Shown here: piece after piece, positions 39,919 to 52,610 of the stretch | Position numbering within the stretch: position 1 is the first letter of the stretch | Layout of the letters: every line of letters starts with the position of its first letter | Origin: Octopus sinensis | Taxonomy: Eukaryota | Assembly (NCBI RefSeq): GCF_006345805.1 | Contig: NC_043007.1 | Coordinates: 42,532,001 to 42,596,000 of the forward strand | Length of the DNA: 64,000 nucleotides | Direction of reading: 5' to 3' | The notes under the pieces: model-generated | The model's database searches: none | Seen by the model: the letters and a program-made list of their open reading frames with translations, nothing else | Told to the model about the DNA's origin: nothing | Made by a program: the position numbers and the translations under genes

Positions 39919-41032
39919 TTCATCAGTAATATATATATAACAAAGGGCTGGCAACAGGAAGGGCATCCAGCCATAGAAAATTTCCATCTGACCCATGTAA
40001 ACATGGAACAGTGGCTGTTAAAACAATGATGGTGATGATGGTTGTGATGATTAAAATCTTTCAATACTGACTCTTAAATACTCTTCCTGCACTGATTACT
40101 GATATAATTTCAAACAAAATTTCTCTCCAATGATATCACTATATCAATATTATCAATATATCTCTCTCCTTCATCCCTTACAGCAGACAACATAACTGAA
40201 ACATCTAATCTATGTTGCTTTCTCAGCTTAGGAATATCTGATATTCAGCTTTCCGCTTATCTTGCTACCATATTTCACCCTACGCATTTGCTCATGTAGT
40301 CATATCTACCACTACTTTATTACCCAGTTGCTCAGTAGTTTTCTGGGCTGCTGCTCCACAACCAACACTCATTATAATCATCATCACCAACACTGCGGAG
40401 ATTCTTTATATACATTATTTGCATTGTATGTATGTACACAGAAGGGAAGAGAGATGGAAGAAGAGAGAGATCCAAAAAAATATCAACATCTGTAATATTT
40501 ATTTGGAATTATCTACAATGAGTTTCTCTTCTAAGTAACAGTATCAACACAACATTGTATTTGTGTGTATGTATGCATGTGTGGGTAAGAAAGAGAGAGA
40601 AAGTGATAGAAAAAATATGCATTAAATGTTTTTTAATCTCACATACAGATATAAAAGATTAATAATAAATGCAATAAAAATTGTATGTGTGTGTGTGCAC
40701 ATGCACATGTGTTATGTACATGTATGTGCATGTACATATATGTATGCAACACTAATTTATACCCTCTCCACCCACACACACTTGTTTTACATCCTCTTGT
40801 ATAATCATACATTCAATAATAAGCATACAAAAATACATAAAATAACACATCAAGATTAAAAAAAAAGAAATTTTTGACGCGATTAATATATAAAAAAAAC
40901 AGACTGGAAAAATAAAACTGAATTAATTGATTATATATGAATAATATATTTAGCTTATCCACTACATAAATACTAATTACATTTTTTTTACTGGGAAGGG
41001 ACAAGGCCCACTTTCTTTAAATTAGCTCCAAG

Positions 41033-41395
41033 TGCAGGTGTGGTTGTGTGGTAAGAAGCTTGCTTCCCAACAACATGGTTCTGGGTTCAGTCCCGCTATG
41101 TAGCACGTTGGGCAAGTGTATTCTGCTGTAGCCTCAGATTGACCAAAGCCTTGTGAGTGGATTTGGTAGATGGAAACCGAAAAAAGCTTGTGTGTGTGTT
41201 TGTCCTCCACCACCACTTGACAACTAGTGTTGGTGTGTTTACGTCTCCATAACTTAGCAGTTCAGCAAAGAGGTTGATAAAATAAGTACCAGGTTTAAGA
41301 AAAAGTACTGGGTTCAATTCATTCAACTAAAAATTCTTCAGGACCCCAGCATGGCCGCAGTGTAATGACTAAAACAAGGTAAAAGATAAAAGATA
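41033..41395 (+). mobile_element. Family-A CORE-like SINE
   Basis: Head ggttctgggttcagtcccg, CORE-like ttgggcaagtg, tail ccccagcatggccgcagtgtaatgactaaaaca-(aaaaga)n. Confidence 0.85.
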
Positions 41396-42907
41396 TATTG
41401 CCAGTTACATGTTCTGTCAAACCTAAAAAGTTAACATTCACAGTTGACTACAGTGGAATTTGAACTCACAACATAAAAACATCTAAGAGATGTCAACTTA
41501 CCACTCATTGTTACTACTAACTAACCACTATAGTTAATATTTAAAATACTTGTAGATGAGTCAACAAAGATGCCTCTACACCAGCGGTGGAAAACCTCTT
41601 AGTTGGAAGTAAAGTTTTTCTCTTCCGCAGGCAAAATTACACCCAGATTCAAATTTGAAATCTCCTACTCACAATGACTCTAACCCATGTGCAAAAAAAA
41701 AAAATTAGCTTCTTACCACAGAACCACAAGTAAAGTATGTGGGTTATGGCTGGAGTATATTTCATCTTAAATCTGTTCAATCTAACCTGGGGCTAAGCAA
41801 CATGATATATTAACAGATAGGGTTTATAAAAAATCAGTGAGAAGACGGATGGCTACTGAAGTTAATTATGCTACAAGTAATTACGTTATCAACTCCCTAG
41901 TTCCATAGTGGTTAAACAGCAAAGTCAACTTCAGCAGAACTTGAATAGAGAAATACAAGATCATTCAAATCCTTCTGGTGTTGAAACTTACTTCTCATTT
42001 CCCACAAAAATCAATTAAATAAGTAACAGTAAACCACCTTTATTTTATAAACCAACTTTGTCTATTATTTTATTTTTGTTTTCCATAGTCAATTGAGTTA
42101 CTGCAGATCCAATGTAAACTTCACCATCACGCAGTTCAGAGATAATTAAAGCAATAAAGTATTTTGCCTGTATTTCCAACTATCAAACAAGAAAGCACTT
42201 ATTTTTTACTAAACATATGAAATGTGTCATTAGAGGCTGGTAAGAGGGAAAGGGACTTGAGGGATTATTTTTTGCTTTGAAAGGAGAAAAATCCCAAAAT
42301 GATTAGGAATTATTAACTCAGTCAGAGTTCATCCTTTTTGCAAATTATGTAGGATCTGAACTCAGTACTCAAGCTAACAAAGACATTCTGTAATTATATA
42401 GAACTGCAGTTGCTTATAGTGATAAACTGTATGTTACTAACGTACCTATATTTTTACAGCTTAGTGAAATTAGCACAAATTAAAGTGCCTTAATTATAAA
42501 TAAAGTACAGCCCCAAGTCAGATTATACATAAGCTATCCATTTGTTGTATGATTATAATTTCTCCAGACTACTGACCTTTTTTTTCTACTGATGAAACAT
42601 CTGTTAATCTTTACCTCTATGTATTCTAAATTTCAATAGGTTTGAGCTACAATCATCTGAATATCTACTTTGTTTGGAAATAAAGGTTCCTTGTTAGAAT
42701 CTTGTTTGGTACTGTGTACATATCTGGGTATAAGACACTTGATGCTGATTAGACATCAAACTGGCCAAAACATAATGAAAAGTCAAATATTAAAACATTC
42801 CTCATTTATAAAGATGAGCTTAACAGTAAAAAAAAAAAAATTAAATCATTAATAACACATCTCAGGTATTTAAACATTTAATCCATCTTTATATATATAT
42901 ATATATA

Positions 42908-42994
<87 letters not shown>

Positions 42995-43069
42995 CGTGAT
43001 GGTAAGATCATCAAAAAAAGTACTCCATCTGGTGAGACATAAATATTATCTAATAAGCACAATAAATGC

Positions 43070-43215
43070 TATTATGTGCTACTATTAGTTTCATGTGCTG
43101 AGAATATGCCAAACATTGTTTTATAACACATCTGACATGTAGGTAGTGCCTGATGCGTGTGCTGAAATTTCAGAAGTGTTATAAAACAGTGTTTGGCATT
43201 TTCTCAACACATAAT
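43070..43215. repeat. 43-bp inverted repeat (43093-43135 / 43170-43212) with split hammerhead relics
   Basis: The + strand holds gtgc-CTGATG(c)-gtgtgctga; the - strand holds tcagcaca-t-GAAAC-taata-GTA-gcac. Confidence 0.6.
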
Positions 43216-43250
43216 AACATGAACTGTGTTTATTAAATAATATATATATG

Positions 43251-43333
<83 letters not shown>

Positions 43334-43483
43334 CTACATATATATGTATGTATATATATATGTGTGTGTATATGGTAAACAAGTTCAGCAAAAATTTAAA
43401 TTCAGATGAATATGGTACCTAAGTTGAGGCACCAGAATTTAGTACGGTATTATCCATACAATTTCATAATAAGGTGATTAAAA

Positions 43484-43776
43484 TCAAAATAAGTAACAAG
43501 GATATCCAGAGGTAATGCAGTACAATCGTTTCAAGCAACTCCATTTAATTGAAGTGAAGGCAGCATGTTCTTTGCCCATCTCCTTACCTTCTTGGAGATT
43601 TTAGGCAAAATTGTACTAATGTGTCCACTTGCTTTAATTTAATTAAATTCTATGTCTTTATGCAGCTGAGGATTGCTCTGCATTTAAATTAATGTAATTA
43701 TTGCATTGTTCAATTAAATGGAGTTGCTTTAAACAATCGTATTGCATTACCTCTGGACATCCTTGTTGCTTATTTT

Positions 43777-43778
<2 letters not shown>
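43484..43778. repeat. 70-bp inverted repeat (43484-43553 / 43709-43778) with a decayed hammerhead
   Basis: About 6 mismatches between arms. + strand atgcag-CTGAGGA...(t)TAAAC-aatc-GTA-ttgcat (43660-43747); the other arm keeps GAAAC intact. Confidence 0.7.
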
Positions 43779-43779
<1 letters not shown>

Positions 43780-43812
<33 letters not shown>

Positions 43813-43903
43813 TAGATAGATAGATAGATAGATATACATATAATATGATATATAATATTCATATATATATGTATGTATATATATATATATTGGGTGGTGT
43901 GTG

Positions 43904-43949
<46 letters not shown>

Positions 43950-44050
43950 TAGATAGATAGATAGATAGATATACATATAATATATATATATATATATTCA
44001 TATATATATGTATGTATATATATATATATAGATGTGTGTGGTGTTGGGTG

Positions 44051-44095
<45 letters not shown>

Positions 44096-44229
44096 TAGAT
44101 AGATAGATAGATAGATATACATATAATATATATATATATATTCATATATATATGTATGTTATATATATTATATGTGTGTGGTGTGTGGGGTTGTATATAT
44201 ATATATATATATATAATATATATATATAT

Positions 44230-44264
<35 letters not shown>

Positions 44265-44532
44265 CATATAATATATATATATATATATCATATATATCTG
44301 TATGTATATGATATATATATATGTGTGGTGTGTGTGTGTGTGTATATATATATTATATATATATATATATCTATATATAGATAGATAGATAGATAGATAT
44401 AGATTACATATATATATATATATATATATTCATATATATGTACGTATATATATGTGTGTATGTGTATATATATATGTGTGTGTATGTGTATATAGATATA
44501 TATATGTATGTATAATATATATATATATTATG

Positions 44533-44591
<59 letters not shown>

Positions 44592-44674
44592 GATAAATAT
44601 ATAATATAGATATGTATATATATATATTGTATATATATATGTATGTATATATATATATGTATATATATAGTATG

Positions 44675-44713
<39 letters not shown>

Positions 44714-44740
44714 GTATGGATATATATATATGTATATATG

Positions 44741-44794
<54 letters not shown>

Positions 44795-44808
44795 AATATA
44801 GATATAAA

Positions 44809-44842
<34 letters not shown>

Positions 44843-44850
44843 GTATATAT

Positions 44851-44909
<59 letters not shown>

Positions 44910-44967
44910 TATTATAGATAATATATATATATATAATATATATTATATATTATATATATGTATATAG

Positions 44968-45005
<38 letters not shown>

Positions 45006-45032
45006 GTATATATATAGATATATATATATATG

Positions 45033-45069
<37 letters not shown>

Positions 45070-45080
45070 GTTATAATATA

Positions 45081-45175
<95 letters not shown>

Positions 45176-45282
45176 CTATATGTATTATATATATAATATA
45201 TGTATATATATATATATATATATGTATATATAAATATAATAATGTATATATATATATATATGTAATATATATATAATATATG

Positions 45283-45315
<33 letters not shown>

Positions 45316-45321
45316 TATTAG

Positions 45322-45391
<70 letters not shown>

Positions 45392-45461
45392 GTATATAAT
45401 ATATATATATATGTATATGTATATATAATGTATATGATAATATATATGTATATATATATAT

Positions 45462-45494
<33 letters not shown>

Positions 45495-45510
45495 GTATAT
45501 ATATATAAAT
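43780..45510. repeat. Compound (TA)n/(GATA)n/(TG)n block with a ~130-bp higher-order unit repeated about 5 times, decaying into (TA)n
   Basis: Recurring (ta)n-(gata)n-catataat-..ttcatatatat-gtatgtat-..gtgtggtg modules at 43780-44470. Confidence 0.85.
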
Positions 45511-45512
45511 CC

Positions 45513-47030
45513 TTAAATTAAAAATGTTTTAGCCCGAAGGCCGCGGCCATGCTGGGGCACCACCGCTGAATGAGCCACACTAGTTTGTGAATCCACCTCT
45601 GAACGTGGCACTTGATCAACAAGGGAGTCGATGCTGCTGCCCGCATCCGCGCTCCTGTCGTGAGGTAGGTTCATCTGGACTTCCAACAAGAAGAGATCCA
45701 GTTTAGTTTTAAAGAAACCCAACATCCCACACCATGTAAGTCTCTCAGGCATTTAGGGAGGATGTTGAAAAGCTGTGGTCCTCTGAAACCCAAGCTGTTG
45801 CAGTATCTGGACCTGTATTTTGAGGTGATGTTGGATTCCTTGGCACCACGCAGCGGGCGCCCGTTCTGCGGTTGGAGTAACTTTGAATGCCAAAGTTGGG
45901 GATAAGACCCTCCAGGATTTTCCAGATGTATATTACTGAATATCTCTCCGCCTCCGCTCCAGGAGAGAGGTTTAATACCTTCAGTCTTTCCCAGTAGCTG
46001 AAATTTTGCATTGAGACGATTTTCTTTGTGTAGCTTCTCTGAGTGCTTCGAGTTTGCTGTTGGTTTATATTGTGTGGTGACCAAAAGTTGGGAGCAGTAG
46101 TCCAAGCGGCTGAGGACAAATGTTTTCCATAGGACCATCAGTGTCTCCTTCTCTCTTGTTCTGAAAGTTCGGAGAATCCTCAGCTAGCCGTCTGCATTTT
46201 ATCACCAGATAGCAATATGCATTTGGAAAGATGCATCATTCTCATGTCCAATGCCAGGTCACGCACTTGATTTTGACCAGGGATTGCAATTCTTCTGGGC
46301 CAGTGTATCCAGTCTTCACGTCATTACTTTGTGTGCCAGTAGCGCAGGGCCTGGAATTACCTGCATTAAACTGCATGTTGTTGTCCTCAGCCCACCTGTA
46401 TATTGTGTCCAGCTCATGTGCAGATGCGCAATATTTTCAGGGGTTCTGTATTGCGGGGGAGACCTTTGTGTCAATCTGCATAGCTAGCAAGGGTGGTCAT
46501 CGTAGCAACTGAAGGCATGTCTGAAAGGGCCACTATGAACATCAGTGGCCCAAGACAGTGCCCTGTGGGACACGCTTGTTATTTGCGTTTCCCTGAGGTT
46601 GGCTCCTGCTCACAACTGCTGTGTTCTGTCTTTTAGGAAGTTGTTGCAGCCACTCTCCAAGTTTCCCGCCTATGAGACCACGCAGTTTATGACAGATCAT
46701 ACCATGGTCGACTTTATCAAAGGCTTTTGCAAAGTCAAGATATATACATCCCATTTGAGCCATTTAGTAGCTGTTTAACACCCAGTCATAGTGCTGCAGG
46801 AGCTGTGTTAGGCAGCCTTACCTGGTCGAAATCCATGCTGGGTGTCAGACAGTAAGTCATTTTCTTCAAGAACATGATTAGTTTCTTACGGACTATTCGT
46901 TCCATGACTTTGCTGATGTGTGAGGTCAGAGAGATAGGCCATAATTTTTAGCATCTGCTGCTACATCCTTATGGATAGGGCATATTACCCCTCTTTCAGT
47001 TTGACGGGGAGCTTACCACTTGCAAGAAAG
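45513..47030 (-). mobile_element. 5'-truncated CR1/L2-type LINE (RT C-terminal half and 3' tail)
   Basis: YLDFAKAFDKVDH, VPQGTVLG, FVLSRLDYCSQLW, LGFRGPQLFNILP across frameshifted ORFs. Tail ggtgccccagcatggccgcggccttcgggctaaaacatt. Confidence 0.92.
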
Positions 47031-47039
47031 CTCTGAAAA

Positions 47040-47109
47040 AAATATATTTATATATATATATATATAGTGTATATGTATATATAATATAATGATATAATAT
47101 TATATGTAT

Positions 47110-47150
<41 letters not shown>

Positions 47151-47152
47151 GT

Positions 47153-47190
<38 letters not shown>

Positions 47191-47347
47191 TGTAGATATA
47201 TATATTATATATGTATATATATATATATATATATGAGTATATAATATATATAATATATATATATATAGATATATATATATATATGTATATATATTATATA
47301 TATTGTATATTATATATAATATATATATATATTATATATATATATGC

Positions 47348-47389
<42 letters not shown>

Positions 47390-47396
47390 AGATAGA

Positions 47397-47432
<36 letters not shown>

Positions 47433-47520
47433 ATATATATATCTATATATATATATGTATATATATATGTATATATCTATGAATATATATATATGTATAT
47501 ATTATAGTATATATATATAT

Positions 47521-47551
<31 letters not shown>

Positions 47552-47609
47552 ATATATATATATATAAGATATGTATATATATATATATATATAATATATA
47601 TATAATATA

Positions 47610-47651
<42 letters not shown>

Positions 47652-47878
47652 AATATATAAGATATATATATATAGATATATAATATATTATATATATATT
47701 AGATATTATATATATATATATTATATTATAATATGTGGGTGTGTGTTGGTGTTGTATAATATATATATATATGTGTGTGTGTGTGTATGTGGATATATAT
47801 AGATATATATATATAATGTGTTGGTGTTGTATGTGTATATATATATATTATATATATAATATATAAATATATATAATA
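47040..47878. repeat. Long imperfect (TA)n tract
   Basis: Seen directly. Confidence 0.95.
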
Positions 47879-48098
47879 CAAGGCTGTGAATAGTTTTCAG
47901 AACATTTATAAAGAGAAGGTCTTACAGCTGTTTCTGGGATATTTTATATATCCCCTCATCAGAGACAGTGCGAGAAAATTTCCTATAACATTACTTCAAC
48001 ATTTTCTTGCACCGTCTCTGATGAAGGGATATATAAAATATCCCAGAAACAGCTGTAAGACCTCTTTATAAAGGTTCTGAAAACTATTCACAGCCTTG
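47879..48098. ncRNA. 220-bp palindrome containing two intact minimal type I hammerhead ribozymes, one per strand
   Basis: + 48014-48061: gtct-CTGATGA-a-gggatat-ataaa-atatccc-a-GAAAC-agct-GTA-agac. The - strand carries the same motif with g after the core (about 47918-47966). Arms are ~100 bp around a ~20-bp spacer. Confidence 0.88.
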
Positions 48099-48262
48099 GA
48101 TTTTTTTATCTCATTCTGTTAATATTTATATAATTACATGCTAATACATGACCTATGTTAGACTCCTCATCGAATCTGGAGCTTAACTATAGTCTGTCCA
48201 TAGCACTTACTCAGCATTACCTAACACCTTTGGGTCTTCTTGATACCACCTCTTATACACTT

Positions 48263-48308
<46 letters not shown>

Positions 48309-48839
48309 GTATGTATGAATATATATAAATATATATATGTGTGTGTGTATAATAATAATTTAATAGAAAATAAAATCAAAACTGAAAAGAATTCTTTATA
48401 TAAACTTTACACTCATCTCAGAAAAAGAGGCTGATGAAGGCTTTCCTGAAATTATAGAAGACACTGAAACAAATTTAACAAATGACAAAAGGTGGTGGGG
48501 GTTCCTGAAAGATAAGTTAATATATTAGAACAATATAAGCTAATATGTTAGAACAATATTTGTAAGAACATATGTATGAAGTTGAAAGGAAAAAGATAAA
48601 GAAAAGATTTATGAGATTAAAGCAATAAGGTGTCAGAAATAAAGATAATATGCGTGGAAACCAAAGATCCCAAAGTAAGTAGTTGCGCCAGTCTTTAGAC
48701 TCAAAGCAAGAATAACAATAAAAAGAATCAACCTCACATGAGTATCAAGCTCAAAATGTACCTGACAAATAATCATGCCAATGAAGTGCAGCTACCACTG
48801 GCCAAAAACTGAAATAAACTAACTGAGGATTAAACTCAC

Positions 48840-49016
48840 CTGTCTGAGGGAATCACACTGATCCGTACGGTTGGTGTCTATGAGAGTTTCCTGCGGCAAC
48901 GATGGCACCAGATTGGATGAAGGTTTCATAAGCTCACCACTAATTACTTTGCTGGGTTCCAATAAACCTAAGTTCGCTGCAAATATTGGAACGCCTGGCT
49001 TCTTGTGAGTCACCAA
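48840..49016 (-). CDS. AFTPH: Aftiphilin coding exon (177 nt, phase 0 to 0): LVTHKKPGVPIFAANLGLLEPSK...DQCDSLRQ
   Basis: Acceptor ttgtctttcttctatag, donor CAG|gtgagt. Coincides with track ORF 48819-49016. VPIFAANLGLLEPSK matches the recalled aftiphilin VPMYAAGLGMLEPTK. Confidence 0.92.
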
Positions 49017-49299
49017 CTATAGAAGAAAGACAATAACAACAAACAAACAATGATAATCAACCATAACACACACATGCAAGAAATATGTTGTAGAAGTAAC
49101 TTAGTTTCAGTTTCAGTTTTCCTACTACTAACAATATTTAAATTTACAAAACTATCCCACCAATAATGGCATGGTATGTATGAGTTTTCTCTTACTAGCT
49201 TCAGGCATTAAACTGCAGTTATGGGGTACTGCCTTCAAGGTTCTTAATTATTTTGAATACAGGCATCTCTCCTGCACCTCTCTTCAGCTGAGTGATCCT

Positions 49300-49530
49300 A
49301 ATCTTGCAGGCTCATGGGTGCTGGTGCCACATAAAAAGCATTTGCACTGGTGCCGCATAAAAGCACCCATGACAGCACCCAGTACACTCTGTAAAGTGAT
49401 TGGCATTAGGAAGAGCATTGAACCATAAAACCCATGCCAAAACAGACATGGAGTCCAGGCAGCTCATCAGCTCCTGCCAAACTATCCAACATGCCAGCAT
49501 GGAAAACAGATGTATGATGATGATGATGAT
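49300..49530 (+). mobile_element. RTE 3'-tail-derived element in the 909-bp aftiphilin intron
   Basis: ggtgcc.cataaaagcacc units, ttggcattaggaag, aacatgccagcatggaaaacagatg-(gat)n. Confidence 0.75.
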
Positions 49531-49925
49531 AATAATATTCACACCAGTATTAAGTTTGGTATTTATTCTATTGATCTCTATGTATTGAATAACTAAGTTT
49601 AGTTTATTGGCATAAAGGGGCATAACTCAATTATAACTATAAAAAACCACAAGGAACTTTCATTTGACACTCCAATTTTACATAGACATACACGGGTACA
49701 CATATACATATGACCAATCTGTACATACTTTTTGTTTATTAAATTTCACCTACAAGGTATTGGTCAACTGCAAGCTACTGTAAAGAGCATTTGCTGAAGG
49801 TGAGACACTTAAGAGGATGGATGCATAGCAAAGTTTTTAATCATTTAACAGTGGGGGGGGGGGGTAAAACAGTAAAACAGTTTACAGTTTTGAGTGGAAA
49901 CGACCTAAGACAAAATCTTACTCAC

Positions 49926-50061
49926 AATTTTTCTGGAATCTATCCGCAAAGTTTTAAACAACCTGTTGCTGCCTTTGGAATCAGTGAAGTTATAGGTCAG
50001 AGCATCTGTGACATCAACATCCAATAGCTGTTTCCATATACAGCAACTAGATGTGTAAGCA
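49926..50061 (-). CDS. AFTPH: Aftiphilin coding exon (136 nt, phase 2 to 0): AYTSSCCIWKQLLDVDVTDALTYNFTDSKGSNRLFKTLRIDSRKI
   Basis: Acceptor tcttttctttcag, donor ATT|gtgagt. The translation matches the recalled aftiphilin segment VWTELQDIHDAHGLRYQWGGSHSNKKLLSSLGIDTRNI. Confidence 0.9.
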
Positions 50062-52224
50062 CTGAAAGAAAAGATGAGCTCAAAGTTGAAATCAAATATA
50101 GAAAAATATATTGCATAATAATTAAATGATTAAATGTTTTGTTCAGGAGTTGAAAAATGTTGAGGGGTTCAAAGTTCCCTAGGAAAAAATGTAGTCATAA
50201 CCATCTAGCCTTTTTATATATCAAGGATTACCTTGCCCAAGGTGTTACATAAATGCATGTGTATGTGCATATGTGTACATGCACATGCATGTAGGGCTGT
50301 GTGTGTCTGCATCTGCAATTATTTGCACAAAAGTGTAATGGTGGGTGTTGTCAATTTCTCCAGTCAATATGTCATCCAGACATGCCTTTACTTATATTAA
50401 AAAAAACTGGTATGGATTAGCATTAAGAAGTGCATCCAGCTGTAAAATAGATGTTCCTCAAATAACATATTAGTCTAACCCATGCACGCATGGAAAAACA
50501 GACTTGAAATGAACAAATCTTCACTAATGTGTCCATCCATTTTAACTGCTTTAAAACTAAAGGTTGTAACTAAAAGGAGATTGGTTGTTATTTCCAGTAG
50601 GTTCAGCAACCTTATACAAGCTCCCTCATTGATTTACTATAGGCAGGGATGTAATTCCATGGAAGGGATCATTTAGTTACTGGGCAATTGCTCAGTATGG
50701 CATATCAGAGATGGTAAAAGGAAGAAATATGAGTGCATCTGTGTAGGCTTCAGTGAAGATATGGCTATCATAATTACAGTAGAAGAAACAAAAAAGAAAC
50801 AATCTGTCTATGATCCATTGCTTATAATGTACTGGTTAGTGAGATTTTACCATTCATCTCAATGGCTCAAGACAGATGCAGTTTAAGATATTCATCTGTG
50901 TTCATATTCACAAATAAGAGAGCAGTACTCCAATGTACAACTTGCTTTAACACTGGAACAATTCAGTACTTTATGATCCCCAAAAGAAATCATGGTATTG
51001 AAGTGTATTTTTGGTAATGTTTCACACACACACACACATACATATGTATGCATGTGTTTGATATTGCTATGAAAGATAAGAGATCATGAAGTCTAACATT
51101 TGAAGTAATTTTGAGGGCTTTAGATATGCATTGTTTGTGCACAAGGAGAAGGGAGTAGTGCAAGAGTGTTTCCCTGGGCTGGTATATTTACTGACTGTAT
51201 CTTTGTACTGTTGATACATGCATCATTGTTATCTACAGATTCAGTTTTCTGTACGAGATCTATTTTTCTCTTTACAGAAAACACTGAAGAGTTTACAACT
51301 GTTTGACTTTCACAGTTAAATCAGAAAACGACTATTGTGTCAAATGATGAGTAAATATAGACAGTGTCATGAAGTGGCACTCTAACAAATATCTTTTTTG
51401 TTTATAGTTTCTCTATTTAATTATCATTGAGTGTAGAGGGCTTGAAAGTCCCTTTGCATCCTCTCCTGTGTTAACATTGAAAGTAATCAGCTAAAAGTGC
51501 TTGAGAATTTCTTAAGCAAATGCTCATCATTATTTTTCCTATTTTTGTTATTAGTGATAGAAGGTACGATGTGAACTCAGAATACATGTACCAAAAAGTC
51601 ATCTCAGTCAATGCCCTAACATTCCACCAACCCACTACCCAGAACTGGCATATTATTAATCAAACCCAAAGATGAAAGACAAAGTTGACCTCAGCAGCAT
51701 TTTAACTTGAAGCAAAGAATGTAGGAGAAAGCAGTACAAGGCATTCTTCCAATACTTTAACAACTCTGCCAATCCAACACAAGAATTTTATACACACCTA
51801 GAAAAACAAATTCCAACAACTCTATTTACCATCCATTGTTTTTTTTTGTTTTTTTCTTAACCTACGTCATGAATTTCTTGTGATTCAATTTCAAACAGCA
51901 GAAAGCCATAATTCAGACTCATGAGATTGTATCTTAAGACCAGAATTGTGCTGTGGTAAAGTATCCTGGATAAGGTATTGAAACTCTCTCCTTGAACTTC
52001 CCAAGCAACAGAACTATGTAACAATAGTCCCTTTCTAGACCCACCCACCACAATCTGATGACCTAGTGTTTATCTCAAATTTCTACAACGTTAAGCATTT
52101 GAGATACCAAAATCAGCCAAGAGAGCAATGTTTTGTTTAATTTTTAGTATACTAATCCAGCCAATGAAGGAACCTATATGTGGTTACTTGTCCTGTTAAA
52201 AACAGCAACCAAATCCGACTCATA

Positions 52225-52610
52225 TCATTTATCTTTTACTTGTTTCAGTGATTGGATTGGGCCATGCTGGGGTACCATCTTAAAGGGTTTAGTCAAACAA
52301 CTCGACCCCAGTACTTACACTCATTTTGTTATTTAATCTGGTACCTATCAGTTTCTTTTGCCTAACTACTAAGTTATGGGATATAAACAAACCAATACCT
52401 GTTATCAAGCAGTGGTGGAGACAAACACAACACAAAGACACATATAGATATATACATATATACATACAACAAACTTCTTTCAGTTTCCAACTACCAAATC
52501 CACTCACAAGGCTACAGTGAAAAAACACTACTCAAAGTGCTATGCTGTGGGACTGAACCCAAGACTGAGTGGTTGAAAAGCAAGTTTTTCAACCACACAA
52601 CCACATCTCC
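52225..52610 (-). mobile_element. Family-A CORE-like SINE
   Basis: Same head and tail blocks as the 621-1015 copy. Confidence 0.8.

Noticed and set aside
48428-48468. Hammerhead-like ggCTGATGAaggctttcctGAAAttatagaagac
   Set aside because: Stem I cannot form and the cleavage triplet is missing; at most a relic.
51857-52051. Minus-strand ORF with ag/gt-like borders in the 9-kb intron
   Set aside because: No similarity to aftiphilin, and the gene model is complete without it.
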